64,000 nucleotides of DNA, from contig NMRA01000161.1 of the NCBI GenBank assembly GCA_002633005.1, forward strand, positions 538,959 through 602,958, written 5' to 3'. A model generated the notes under the pieces. The model had not been told where the DNA came from and did no database searches. It saw only the letters and a list, made by a program, of their open reading frames with translations. Below are positions 36,912-50,600 of the stretch, piece by piece. Origin of the DNA: Phoronis australis (taxonomy: Eukaryota; Animalia; Phoronida). The position numbers and the translations under genes were made by a program. Each line of letters starts with the position of its first letter. The first letter of the stretch is position 1.

Positions 36912-37959
36912 ATGACTGAACTAGCGTACCGGTACAGGATAGATCGTGCAGCGTTTGCACCAGCAATACGCTCGTTGCTTAAAGTTTTATACTGCTCAAC
37001 TGACAGGCAGCAAGCCAGCTACTAACCTGTTGAAATGTTGCTTGTGTTGCTTTGGACGGAACCACAGTCGATCAAATAAAAAGCAGTATTTGAAAAACTG
37101 TTGATAGTCATCTTGGTTGTTGTGTGCTTGAAGAGAGAACAGATTTGCTACCGGGTCAACTCGTGTACTTGCGCTAAGCTAAGTAGCCTGTGTGGCAAAG
37201 CCCACAGGAAAATCCGTAGAATCTTCTCGTCAGTACTATTATATTATATGGACTGATGCATAAATTAGGCTGGGAAGGTTTGCTGGGGGGAGAAGGTGGA
37301 AACATTTGTGAGCGTAATCTCCCCCCATCCTCTGCCACCATGCACTATCGCCCCGATGTCGACGCCCATTGTACTCCTCTTTATTCCAACTCGACACCCG
37401 TCATAGCATAGATTTTCTATGGTTAGAATTTCGTCTTCTTTAGGGTCTAGTTTTGGGAAGGTTCACTTCATTACGGTCAAACAATGACAAGTGCGAGTTT
37501 TAGAGGCCCTAATGCACTGTTCAAGGGTCCGTTTCAACACCGCTTGTAACTTGAAAATGGTGCTCGAGTTTCTAATAGAAACATCAAATTCTAAAGGATT
37601 ATTTAGATTGGCATCAGCCACATAGTGCAATTTGCTGATTTAGAAAAAAATAACACAAAAATAAATACCTAATCTTACTATAAATATTCAAAACCTAACT
37701 TTTGTGAAAACACTTAAGTTTTTGGGAATAACGTTTGATTATTTTTTAGCCTTGTCTGAATATGTTAATCTGGTGGAAAAAATTGCACACATACCACGAT
37801 TTACTACTCCTTCATCCACTCGCACTAGACTTTTGGCATCATTCTATGGCATTTAGAAATGTCAGCAGATTGCAATTTCTTCAGAAATGAGCCTTACGAA
37901 TAATCACTAACACTTTTTGCCCATACAAGTCCAATTTGTAAATTATTAAAAATACCTCT

Positions 37960-38505
37960 GCTTGAAGACACTCTCGATATATCCTGCTTGGAAATGTATT
38001 ACAAGTTTTTACACAAACAACTTGTACATTACTTTCAAAACTATTTTGTTTGCTATCACAGTCGAAACAACTGACCCATTAGAAATCATAGTTCGCCAGA
38101 TCTTTCAGGAAACTATTGCTTCTAATCGCAACTACAACCCTATACTCAAGATACTTTTTTATTCAAACCAATCACGGCAAGTCACCGTTTACGATTTCAT
38201 GTTCCTCAATATCATCAATGAAAAGAAAACATTCCCTTCAGTTCTATATAAGATAAACACCCACTCACTTGTTGGACTTTCAAGATATTACAGGAACACA
38301 TTTTAGATACTTACCAGTGGCGGACTAAGGGCGCCAAGGGGGTCATGCCAAACCTCTCAAATTCTCCCGGATTCCATTTGGCAATTCGGGGGTGCGAATG
38401 TCTAACGGGCAAAATCCTGACTAATACTCTGCCCCCTACACATGATCTTGTATCCACCCCTGCTCACTATACAATGACTCAAGATGCGCCTCCTGCATGC
38501 AACTA
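37960..38505 (+). mobile_element. LINE ORF2 C-terminal fragment (CR1/RTE-X-like) interrupted by a MITE
   Basis: KINTHSLVGLSRYYRNTF...DSRCASC matches the K..THS..G...Y.K...CxxC tail of marine invertebrate LINEs. Confidence 0.55.
38315..38462. mobile_element. Short CAG...CTG GC-rich MITE
   Basis: cagtggcggac / tatccacccctg termini; flanks cttac/ctcac (5-bp TSD with one mismatch). Confidence 0.65.
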
Positions 38506-40451
38506 TGTCCACCGTAAATAACCACATACAAATTGTACTATTATACAGAAACACCACTAATTTTGCACGCATCTATGACACACGCACACAAACTTAAATA
38601 TACAAACGTCGTTATTACTTACACCCAGTCTACTTGTTGATCCTGTTCTAGTTTAGATATGTAGTACCCATCTATTTATTATTCTAAGGTGTCAGCTTTA
38701 TTTATATATTTTTATCGAAATATTTATACCACGATGTCAGTCTTCTAATCGTATGTATGAATAGTAAATAGTAATTGCTGTCTTATTTTTGTATCCGCCG
38801 ATCGTTTGCTTGTTTTATATTGTACCCCTACTGTGTTTTATGGTGGCTTTTGCCTTCCATGTTGTTTCATTGTATTTCACTAATTGTAATATAAGTTAAT
38901 AAATGTAATTCTCTCCTTTATCTGTCTTCACTGAATGGAATTTATGTTCGACACTCGGACACATTAACGGTACAAAACAAAGTAAAAAGAACAGTAAGTA
39001 GTAGTAAAACAATATTATCTCTGAAACGATGGGCAATAATAAACCGCAACACGGAGGAACGAGAAAACAACTTCAGTTGATAACAGGGGGAGAGATAAGA
39101 CCTTTGATAATGGGTGGAGTGGGGGAACGGACGTGAGAGAGAAATGGCACATCCGAGTAGCGGGGATCGTTGAAAATTTCAGTGAAAAACGATTTTGTAA
39201 CAACAAAAACATCCCTAAAGGCACGTGACAATAGTCAGCCTATGAGAGCGGAGAGCTGACCAAACTCCAGGCCAGTTGTCGATAAACAAATACAAGGAGG
39301 CTGGTAACAACCTAACAATCATAGCTCTGCACTTAAGAAATTAGGGACTTGGCCAAATGGAAGAAAAGGGGGGGTCCAGTTGTTCAGATAAATATATTTA
39401 ACGAGTGAAATGTCATTCTTGGCAATTCCCGATGGGACACGTTCAGCCTACACATGCACTAGTTGTCCAACGGGAGGCGGTGCATCTCACGAGGGTTTGG
39501 GTTCACTCCTCAAGAAATGTTCAGATTATTTTATTCGTGAATTCTGGTTGTTTCCATTGGCAGCCTGGCAAAAGAGAAAATCATACTGCTGAAAATCTGA
39601 TCCGCACAGCGAGTTTCGTAAGAACGATCTTCGAAAGAAATACTGTACTTCAATTTTGTGGGGGGAAAGTACCCAGTTTTTACAAAATCACCAAGAATAT
39701 TGCCTTTGGCGTAATTCGAAATAGTGATTTTCAAACTCTTCTATCCTCAAGTTTCGCTCAATGCTATTGCTTTTTTTTGTTCTTTTTTGTTTTCAATTGT
39801 CTCATGTCTTCGCGCGTTTGGGCCGCGTGTCAGGAAGCTCACTTCGCTTCTCAAAACAGTATTCTATGTTTTTTGCAACCAAATGTTTTATTTTATTCTA
39901 CTTTCCCCTCGGGAATAATTAGCAGTGCCGGATTTATACGGTGGCCTGCCCCTCAAACAAAGGATCCCGTCTGTGAGGGGTTCTTTTATATGAAAGCATG
40001 CTGCCCAAATAATCAAATATATGAAAGGCTAAATCAATTAAACAACTGGACAAGGGTGACTGTTGAGTCCAACAGCGGGTCACACTCTTTGGACATGATA
40101 GCATTACTTTCCCTACCATGAAAGGTTGGTCGACTTCAGAAAAAATGAAAAAGAGAAGGAGTCGATTCTAAACTATGAGGCAATTTGTTGCACTTATCGA
40201 GTTATGACGGTACCCTTTCTTGTGAAATTATAAACTAATTACTTATCGCCATGAACGTTATCACCACCATCACGCACGCTACCACAATCATCATCTCGAT
40301 CACGAGCAGAGTTGTTACGGCCCTTATCGACGGTATAACCTTGTATTATTGCTTTTTAGTGTTAGTAACAGGAAGATTATTTGGCAGCAATTTTTAGGTT
40401 AAATTGGCGGAGGCAAATTCAACCGTGGCTCAAATAAAAACGTGACAGCTT

Positions 40452-40536
40452 AATGGTCAACAAGGCCTGCGAAATGGTCAAAAGGCCTGCAAAGTGGTCA
40501 AAAGGTCTGCAAAGTGGTCAAAAGGCCTGCAAAGTG
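40452..40536. repeat. ~20-bp tandem repeat (TGGTCAAAAGGCCTGCAAAG) x4
   Basis: Direct reading. Confidence 0.9.
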
Positions 40537-42467
40537 ACAACACGCTTAAGTCAAAACGTGCGGCGTCTGCCTGCGTCACCTCTTACAATTTGAAAACACA
40601 GCTTTGACAGAGCATATTTACCACGTTGAGCAACTTACGCTTGCCCCCCCCCCTCTCCTTCAAACTAAGACTCCTAGTCACGCCCACGGTTGGATACCTG
40701 TCCAGATGACACACCCATATTTCCCCTGTGTCGCTTTATAATATAAAAATTTAAAATGGTCCACACATTGACGTCAAGGTTGGTATGTTCGGACAATTAA
40801 ACAGTACTGTATATTTACTTAGCATTTCAGTTATGTTCATGGTGTTTTTTTTCTACGCCATGATATGATTCGCATATGCAGGTTCGAAAGATCATTCGTC
40901 AATATGACATTTTTAATTCAGCAATTATTGATGTGCTTCCGTGTGGATAAATGTTTAACATTTTTAAACTTGTTATTGCTACAAAAATAAAAACGAATTT
41001 AACATTTATGTAACTTTTTGTTTCGTTCTTGCCATCGCAAATTTGTAATGCTATCCATTTATTAATAACAATGCCATTGACAGTTACGTAGACTCTAAAT
41101 GTATTCCTATTGTATTTCTATGCATTATCAATAAATATCTCTGCAAGATCATTTGTGAAAAAATGATTGATTTCATCCAACGTAGTCACATTGTCTCGTA
41201 TCAACTGAAGATTTTTTGCCTTTATTGTTTGTCTGACATATCAGCTCGTCGGTCTTCTGTACTGGGATGGCTCTTATTATACGATGAAGCGAGAGACAGA
41301 TTTATTGGTACATATAAGGATAGCACCGTAGACATCTTAATAGGTATCACATGTGGCGTGTTTTGATTTAAAAAGATGAACTCGTTCTTCCTGGCGTCGT
41401 CCGCGCCGTTTACTACTTGAAAAGAAAACCTGTAAGTGCCAAGTCTCAAACAATATTTGACGAGACAAATTATGCGCTGAAAATTGGTAAAGTTAGTAAT
41501 GAATTAGGAGTGATTCGTGTAATACGAAAATAATAAATTTAAATCTCGAGTTCATATTGCATGTTTGAGACAGCTCAATTCATTTTTATCTCTCCGGTAA
41601 TTTTTGATAACGTTGGACCAGCTCACACCACGACACGAGTGTAAAGAATGTTGAGAGACCTTGGTCCCGTTTGAGGGGAACCTGCCCCTTCACACAATAA
41701 TTTGCAGGCGTCATGGTCAAACCGTGGCAACCGGCATAGTCGTGGGGCCCGGGGCAGTCGTAAACGTATGACTCGCAGCATGGAGAAGGGAGAAAGAATA
41801 TTTGGTTACTGCCAGTGCTTGATTTACCCTTTAAGCGGGCACTGGCAAGGACATTACTGTTACGGGGCCACATGTTGTCTAAACACACTTTTGAAACGGT
41901 CCCAAAGGCAGTGTACCTGTACCAAGGAACCTCACCCTTTCAAAATATACCTTCAAGCATGACCCTCATAAAATGAACTTTCACCAGACTGTACGATAAT
42001 AAAACAAGTCTTAGGGCCAGCGCAGACGGATGGGTACGAGCTGAGGTGCCAGTCTCGACCATCGGCCGGCCTAGTTCATTTAATTCGTATTTTCATAGCT
42101 TCAGCTGGAGTGAGCTGCCACTGAGCTGACAGCAACATCGCTAGTGGCGACAGTTTAGCTCTCAGCTATCCGTAGGCGCTGGCTCTTAGACCTCATTCTC
42201 AGTATCCGTGAAATTTTGTAGATGAACACGGTTAAGTTCTAATGACTGCCTCCCCGGGTTTGTCCCCACCTGTTGCAGCCGTGTGGGGTTGGTTCGAAAC
42301 TGGTGACATCGGGAGGTAATACGGAGATGCAGCAAAAACTCGTATCGGAAAAGATCGAAGAGTGTGTAACCAGCACGAACTTGGTTGCATCTCCAAATTT
42401 ACATTGCGTGCGATACTGGAAGGAGAAGGGCCAGAGACTATCCCGGTGCCTACCCTCTGACGTCACC

Positions 42468-42505
42468 ACAGAAACAGAAACAGAAACAGAAACAGAAACA
42501 GAAAC
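42468..42505. repeat. (ACAGAA)n hexamer microsatellite
   Basis: Direct reading. Confidence 0.95.
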
Positions 42506-42611
42506 GGGACAATGGGGGAAGATGGTAGGGGGCAAAAGTTTTGCAATGTCGCGGAATTGGTTTGTACTCGATTTTCAAAGTTCAAAAATCTGAACCACCC
42601 CAAAGTACGTC

Positions 42612-43034
42612 TACGTCTCGTTTAGACATCAATTTTTGGCCCAGCGCAAGGGACACGGAGCAAATTGATCGGCGTCAGGCGTCCGTTTACACGCACAACT
42701 CACTAGCTACGGCAACACGGAACTGTAGGTTGTAGAGTGGAACGCACATGCGCAGGCATGTTTACAAATGGTGGGAGTTCCAGAGACAGAGAATCCTATA
42801 TGTACACTGTAGGTCATTGCACAAGCGCAGTAGAAATTGATCCTTTCCGCCTTGCCCCAGTTCGCGTTTAGACATATAATTGACACGCAACAAATTGCTC
42901 TACCACACAAACGGGTGGCAAAAGTTGACGCCGCGGTGTCAATTTGCTCCGTGTAAGTGCCGCGTTTACACACATAGGCTACTTACGCTGGAACATCTCG
43001 TTCCGTGTCAACGTTTGTAGTCTAAACGGCAGTA
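42612..43034. mobile_element. Harbinger-like MITE (CGTTTAGAC/CGTTTACAC termini and subterminal motifs)
   Basis: cgtttagac...acacggagcaaattga versus tcaatttgctccgtgt...gtctaaacg inverted; repeated cgtttacac. Confidence 0.6.
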
Positions 43035-43078
43035 AGGTCAGCCATGTTGTAGTAAACGCCTTGATAGCATGAAAAATA

Positions 43079-43170
43079 TCTCGCTGGTTCCCTGAGTGCC
43101 GCTAGGTGGTAGCCAGCACGCAGGTATCACTTCTCGCTGGTTGCGTGCCCGGCGCTAGGTGGTAGCCAAC
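43079..43170 (+). promoter_or_regulatory. Tandem pair of CTCF-like motifs in a ~53-bp direct repeat, beside CCAAT boxes
   Basis: tctcgctggtt...gccgctaggtggtagcc and tctcgctggtt...ggcgctaggtggtagcc; tgattggc at ~43214. Confidence 0.4.
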
Positions 43171-45099
43171 CGCACGTACGACGGGCCATCACTTAATTCT
43201 ACACCAGCGTTTCTGATTGGCTGGTCGAATTCTCAACAGGCAACGCTTTACGCAAACAAACTAGCATGACTGATGAAGGAAGTGTAAAGGTTTCTTGTAC
43301 ACGAGACAAATCGGTGCTTAAAATTCATGTTCAACTGTGAATCCCAAAAATTGTGGTTGCGCCTTTTCAGAGTACATCTTTCTACTGTCACTGACTTTTG
43401 TTTATGTGTCTGTCCTGTATTAACACAGTAGGAATGACACACTAGTTGAACCGGCCAGATGACGGCGTGTTTATTGTCGAGGGGGTTTCAGAACAATCCT
43501 TATTGTACATGTGTGTGTTTCACTAAAGCACGAGGATATTAAACATTCCCGCAGAAACGAAATAGTTGCTGCCGCGACATTTGACAAGCCTAAAATCCGT
43601 GTGTTAGTCCGTCATTTTCTCGCTTTGTTGTAAAGCTAACAAATGACTGCCGAGGTTTTATCAACCAATGCGTGGTACTGCGCGATACCTGCGCGCAGAC
43701 TCGGCACGCAGGGAATCAGCGAGGAAGAATATGTGACGGGAACGCCGTCTATTGTTTGAGCTGTGAGATAAACGTGTCAATTTCGCAGGAACTGGTCCAT
43801 AGACCTGGTTCACTATGTAATGGGTGTCTATTGCCTAAATCCTATATTTGGCACTTCCGATGACGACATTTCGCTGACATTTTCATTGGTTTTTGCGTTA
43901 AAATAATAGACCCCTAAATTAGCGTATTTTGGAACACTCTTAGCCCAGAATTGTAATTATATAAAAACGGACCTCGGTTTTGGCTTCAACTGTAATCTTC
44001 AAAATTAATTAGCTTTTATTAAAGCCTTTGGTTTTGAAGGCTTGTGCAGTTTTAGTCGATCCTAACTAAAATAATTGAGGAAGACAACGACGGAAACGGA
44101 CGATGTATTGAAAGTTTGTAGTTTTGTATTTTACAAATAAACCGTCAGCAAATCGCTTTGTGATGGGTCACCATGGTTATGCGATACGAACGAACTAAAA
44201 GGCTGCGAATATTTTTACTGACGAAACAGTCAAAGAATTCAATTAGTAGATCGGTGCTGGACGCTCCACCGACTCCCGTTCTACTGATGTCTTCCTGGTA
44301 ATAACTTAAATTCAAAACGCCGTTTACAGTCCCGTTTACAGTCAGTTCTAGCCCCCACCTCCCATCAATTTCAGCCAAGGTCGTATATTTTTGAAAAGCT
44401 GCACCAAAGGCACGTTAGAAAATGCAGCAAGGTTCTATTCGCCATGATCAACCAAGCCAGGAGGAGCTGAAAAAATATCCTGCACTATTTTTGTTTGTTA
44501 CAGGTAATTTTCTTTTTTGAAAAAGTGAGCAACAAAAAGTACCGCACCACTCTCACGGGATTTCCAAAGAAAATACACCGGGACAAACAATGTTATTGGA
44601 CTTATGCGTCACGGGGGACTATTTCGGAGAAAAGGTGTGGGGAACTTTCAGAGAAAAGGGGTGGAACTTACTTACAATGGCGCCTCTATTCATTTCAGCA
44701 GCGGTGCAGTAATTAGGCATAAGTGACTGCACCCCAGCATATCGTAGCGAACTCGACTCTGCAGTTCGTGCTAGCTATAAACGGCGTTAACCACATGTAT
44801 GTAATGCGTCATGAAACCAAATCTGATAACCCTTTGTTGATTCGCGGTAACAGTCAGATGATAATTTAAAGGAAGTCGGATAACCTTAAGTGATGATCAG
44901 CTTCGCTTTTTAACAGCTTACTGTTGACAGCTAAACAGTGGCGAAGTGTCCCTCTATTGTTTGTGAATCTAGTCCAGTCTCTGCTCGGTTATGCTACGTA
45001 CTTTGTTTGACCTGCCCCGGACTCAGGGCCACAGGAAGCAGGGGGAGGGCAGGGGGGGGGGCACGTGCCTCCCAATAATTTAGAGCCGTCAGGGCCCCG

Positions 45100-45205
45100 A
45101 AGGAAAGCAGTGAGAACTGATGGGGCTACCCTCATTGTAAATATTACAACATAATACTACTACTACTACTAATAATAATAATAGTAATAATAATAATAAT
45201 AATAA
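45100..45205 (+). mobile_element. LINE/SINE 3' tail ending in (TAC)n(TAA)n; second copy at 60013-60068
   Basis: ggaaagcagtgagaactgat-gggctaccctcat-gtaaatattacaa at both loci. Confidence 0.7.
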
Positions 45206-46465
45206 AAAGGGCTGGAACCGTGCGTGGACAGTTGAGAAAATTCATCTACCAGTGCATGATTTACCCTCTCAGTGAGGGCCCTGGACAGAACATTGTTGTT
45301 AGGGGGACCATCTCAATTTTTGCAGCAAAGGCTTTTGCAAAGGGTGTTAATTCATTAGAAGTTTTTAAATTCAATACGACAATTTTGGGAATGCAAAATT
45401 ATATTTCCCGTCCTGTCCCTGGCAAAAAATAACGGAGTCTGTCTCTCTTTTTTTCCTTTTTTGGTTCTCAATACAGTATATCACTTAATGAAAATTGATA
45501 ACCTGACAGATAGCATCATTTGCTGTTCACTTCCTGATTTTTTGAAATTATATATCTTTTTATATTTAGGGGCCCACCCCTTAAGGGGGCCATTGATGGC
45601 ATTCAAGTGGCCACCCTTTTCATATTTTTATGGATGAACTCTTAAGGGGCCGCTCAAGGATAAAGGGCCCAATGTTGAAATGAACTGCATCTATTTTACT
45701 GTTTTTGTGAATCCCTTCAACAGTTCAACAAAAGGTCACTTCTTGCAGGGTCACACAATGATGGAATTAACTGTCACTCTTTTCCATTTTAATGATATTT
45801 AGCATTTCATCATAAGGGGTCCCTTTTTAGTTGGGGCCCTCTCTCAGTGGGGCGGTCTGGGCAATTGGGAAAGGGGGTAGTTTGGCTTATGTCCCCCCAA
45901 TACTGTTTACCTTCGTACCTGCTTGTCTAACTATCTTAGTACTTTAATCAATCAGACAATCAATCAATCAACCATTCAATGAACAGTTGTCAAAAATTCA
46001 CTTGCTTAATTCTAAAATCTAATTACCAAACTAAGTTGCCCTACTTGCAACACAGTCAAAAAACTTCTGTGGCACTAAAAAACCAATTATGGTACTGCTC
46101 TGTATTACAATACTTCTTCAACTTAAAGCAAAGGTTGACGAGTCCGCCAAACCACCAGTTCAAACTGGACTTCCAGCAAACCCTTGAGATTTGGATTTAT
46201 TTCACCACAAAAACTTTCGAGGTGTAACTTAGTACTGAATTATTTTTGGATGGAAGAAGCAGGGATTACTGTAATTCAGTGTCGTGAGCAATGGGGTCAA
46301 GTGTTTTCAGAAGTGCCATGAAATTTACAATGGACATTTAGTTAATACATTACTAAAACATAATATATTTCAATTAAAGTCTCATACATTGAGTATACTT
46401 CATTACCAAATGATAATACTTGATATTCAAGGCAAAATAAACAGTGCCAGCTTAATCTCATATCG

Positions 46466-46553
46466 CAACCAAGCCTGGGGGTAGTCCAACCAAGCCTGGG
46501 GGTAGTCCAACCAAGCCTGGGGGTAGTCCAACCAAGCCTGGGGGTAGTCCAAC
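46466..46553. repeat. 21-bp tandem repeat (CAACCAAGCCTGGGGGTAGTC) x4, downstream of the IL-1R-like stop
   Basis: Perfect copies, direct reading. Confidence 0.95.
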
Positions 46554-47075
46554 TAAAAGACGCTGCACTTTGCAAAGAGTTGGGTTCACATTCGCTCATA
46601 AAGGCAAAATGAACACAGGACTAGCTCAGTAATTCAACGGTTTGTGTATTCTACTGACTGGCCAGTCACAAAACTCAGGGGCTAACATTTACCTCAGCAG
46701 AAACCAATACATGTCCTATACAGCTCCATGGAGCACAGCCAATGGTTTTTAATGTTCTGATTTTGGGTTTAATGAGGTACATGAATTGTCGCCTGAAAAT
46801 TACCTATAGTAAGTACAGAATGCCATCGTCGCCACCTAGGGTGAGCTGTGCAAAAGACTAGCGAGCTGTCCTTCTCTCATGGAACATTTCAATAAGATAA
46901 ATCCTCATTAAACTAGATAGCTCAATGACTGATACGTACATTTCAAATTTACTCTTATCTCTTCACAACTCAACACTTCAACCACAATGGATGGTAAGTT
47001 GTTCTGTGCCGGGATGGAAAGACTGACAGAATCCCAAGTTTCTCATTGCTATTTTTCAAGATGTCACTTATGAGC

Positions 47076-47620
47076 CTATGATGATATGGAGACCACGTGA
47101 TGTTCATTATCAAAGTGAAAGACCTCGTCATCGACAGGTGTATAAGACGAGCTGTTACTGCCCCGTTTCCCATCAGATGACATACTCGTGAAAGAGTGAT
47201 CACTGCTACCTTTTCCACTGTCTCCTTGATCCTCTGAACGGAGCAGCGGCCGGCTACTTGCCGCACTACTCGTACTACTTGTATCCCGCGTTCGATTGCC
47301 AGCGAACGTTTTTTGGACAACGGGCAAAAACAGGCGGAGCTCTTTCCAAAAGTGAGGCATTTTTGTATTATTTTTGCTCGGCACATGCAGTGTCTTCTTG
47401 ATTACCTTCATGGCTTTTTTGATACCGCGCGAGTGTTCATCTCGATTCCAGATTTCTTCACTGATGGGGTGCAGAACAATGAATACAATCAATTTCCCAT
47501 AACTTTGAAGCACCTCCTCTGACTTCATTTGGCACCAGGGGGTGCTCAGGGCCTCCGGGGTCAAGATAAGGATAAACCGTCTGCTCGTTTCCAGGGCTTC
47601 CGTGTAGTTATGCATGTTGC
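47076..47620 (-). CDS. IL-1R-like terminal exon: TIR C-part and Ser-rich tail
   Basis: actttctcag acceptor; NYTEALETSRRFILILTPEALSTPWCQ...FWKELRLFLP...VVSISS*. Confidence 0.92.
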
Positions 47621-50600
47621 CTGAGAAAGTGAAAACAAGCTTTGAAAGAGCATCAACCAGCATAAAAACAGGATTGCGCATTGAATTAGATCAACAAGCA
47701 ATTATAAAAGAGACTTAATTGTTCAGTACTGACTCGGAATATGCATCTTAAAAGGCCTTTCACACTGGCTCCGTCAAGCTTCGGTGTTAGCAAAGTTTCA
47801 GTCGGACTACTTAACTTTGGTCCTGAATCAAAGCCAACAGTGCCAGTTTGCTCCGGACTTAAGAGGTGAACTTAACAGCAACGCCTTGATACTTCGTTAA
47901 CAGTGGGAACACTCAACTTCAATGCCACCAAAGTTATGCAACAGGGGTCACTGCATTTGCCAACAGAGGGCAGCGACTGGTTAATATTTGTTAATATTTA
48001 ATTTTTTTTTCTAATATTTACTACTTTTCTAGTTTAAGTATTCTGTTTCAATTTATCCATGTATTTGCTGGATTCTTGACATTACCTAGGACCAATATCA
48101 AACTCCCAGACATTACTTATCATTAAATGTAAGCAAAACGTCAGTTCCAGCCATATACCATTTGTTCAGGTCAGCTGATACTAGGGCACCTTGCAATAAC
48201 TCCACTGAACTAGTTGTCTGAATAACTCCAAAGCTGATGAGAATGGTAACGCATAACTTTGCGGTTAACCACAGCTAACATTGAAGGTTATGGATAATAG
48301 GGAGTTCAAGGAAACAGCCTTACAGCTAGTTTTATGTGGTGATGAGTTTTTGCGTAAAGGTAAGCCAAATGATTTATTTGAAATATTATCTGAAAATTCT
48401 AAAATCGACAACATTTTCAAAGGAGAACGTTTAAGACAATGAGGAAGTCTTACTTATGTGCCTAACTGAACAATAGGGCATTTATCGTAATGATCATACT
48501 ACCTCCAAAATGCTCCTGAATTTTGAATAGGGAAGGGTATTAAGCTTAACTTTTCACTGTGGCCTTGAACCTGTTTCCAGGGTCACCAAATCTGACTGGC
48601 ACCTGGAAATTTCCCAAAATCTTGGAGCAAAATATGAAAAAATCTAAAGCTTACTTCTTTTGTTATCATTCCAACAACATTCCAACAACATTCCAACAAC
48701 ATTCCAACAACATTCTACATTAGACAAAATCATTTTTCCTAGCTGCGAATTCAATTGGTGCATGGAGATGCCCCATCCACACCTTGGCCAAAATATTAAC
48801 AAAGTTTTTCCCTCGAGTTTCATGAAAATGAAGTCCCCATCACAAAGCAATACTGGTGTCTTGAGATAGTTAACCTACACCTTCTTGCAAAATGAGCAAA
48901 ACTCTAAAGGTTCCTTCATTAAAATTACAAGTGCATTGTTTTGGGGGTATTTAGATTGCTCTGTTAAGTAATGGTGTACACAAATCAAGATGCCCTATTA
49001 TTGCCAAGAATTGTACGACAATACTTCAGGCACTTTCCCCATACAGTTTACTCCGGTACTTTCTAAGCTTTGATGTTAACTGTGGTTAACTGCCAAGTTG
49101 AATGTTACCATTCCCATCAGCTTTGGAGTAAGTTCAGAAAACTAATTCATCAAAGTTCTTGCAAGGTGGCGCTATTACGACCTTCATGCTGGATGGTGAT
49201 TTTCTTGATGTGAAGAGTCCAGGAAATATACGGATAAAGTGAAACAGAATGCTTATACTGCCAAAATAACAAAGGTTTACTTGGAACAAAATATTAACAT
49301 GTATTAACCAGCCACCAACCGCAAACTTAGCAACCAGTGGCATCGAAGTTAAGCATTCCCATTGTGGCGAAGTGCCAACTCTTAAGTGTTAAATCCACTT
49401 ATATATGAAAGCCGAACTTAACTCACGTTAACTCTAACCCAAGACTGAAGTTAAGTGTTTCTATTGACTGAAACTTAGGATAACGCTGAAGCTTTCAAAG
49501 CCAATGGGAAAGGCATTTTGTTTTATCCAATTTCCAACTGCTGGTTTATGGACCTTGATAATTGGCCCATTACGCTATGCGCCCAGCAGAATTAATAAAG
49601 CAGAAAATTGACTGTGAGCTAATTCTAGTTTTAGGTAATAAAAGTCCTATTCGTTGCCCCATTTTTGAAACTTAAAAACCTAATCACGAGTACCTTTCCC
49701 AAACTACTGAAATATGCTCTTAAAAACTTTCAAAATGAAAATTTTAAAAATACTATTTTCGCCCCCAGTGTTTACAACCATGTTTATGATGACAAATTAA
49801 AATTGATAGAAAACAGCAGCGGCGAGTGAACCAGATGAATTGCTTAACTCCAATCACAACAGTGTCACCTTAGTGCAAGATTATTTTTATGTTGTGTTGC
49901 TCAGGCAGGTTTCACAATACAAAACTTTATTTTCTCAGTGGTGACCTTCAGCATAATTTCAAGGTCATCGTATTCTACTAGTGCCAGGAGATTCTCTACA
50001 TACAGCTTGTTGCAAAACATACACAAAATCAAAAGGTCCTTCTTGAGATATCGCACCAATAACTTCAGAGTGAATGTACGGGTGCAAAGAAATACAGAGC
50101 GCAAAAGTCATATCATTCTGACAAATATAGAGGTGCTCTTAATTTACATTTCAAGAAAAACCTATTTGGAGATATGCAAAAAGTAGTGTCAAACAAGTGC
50201 ATGCCGTGAACAAGTACACCATACACTCAATACAGTGATAAGAGAGGACAGTAAGACCTAGTTGAATGAGTACACCACAGACTCAATGCACTGATAAGAA
50301 GGGGCAGTGTGGCCTAGATTGATAGGGTACACCACAGAGTCAGAGCCAATAAAGTGACTAGAGGAGGCAGTGTGCCAAGTGACATAAGTGTCTGCTTCCA
50401 TCAATCAAGGTCGTGGGTTCGAGTCCCACTGAGGCATAATGCTGGACGCTAGAGTCAGGTAACTAGCTGCTTTGAGCTCCGTTTTATACATGTCAGCATA
50501 AAAATGGTTCCACGTAATCAGTGCAATTGGCCCACCTCAGCAGCCTGCACATAATCTGATACAATATTTATTATTATTTTTCAATACAGAAATTTCTGGA

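Noticed and set aside
39405-40121. 238-aa ORF
   Set aside because: Non-ATG start, no recognisable motif, composition typical of non-coding AT-rich DNA
50363-50435. Functional tRNA gene (also 870-945 on the minus strand)
   Set aside because: B-box is present but acceptor and D stems do not pair; treated as SINE heads
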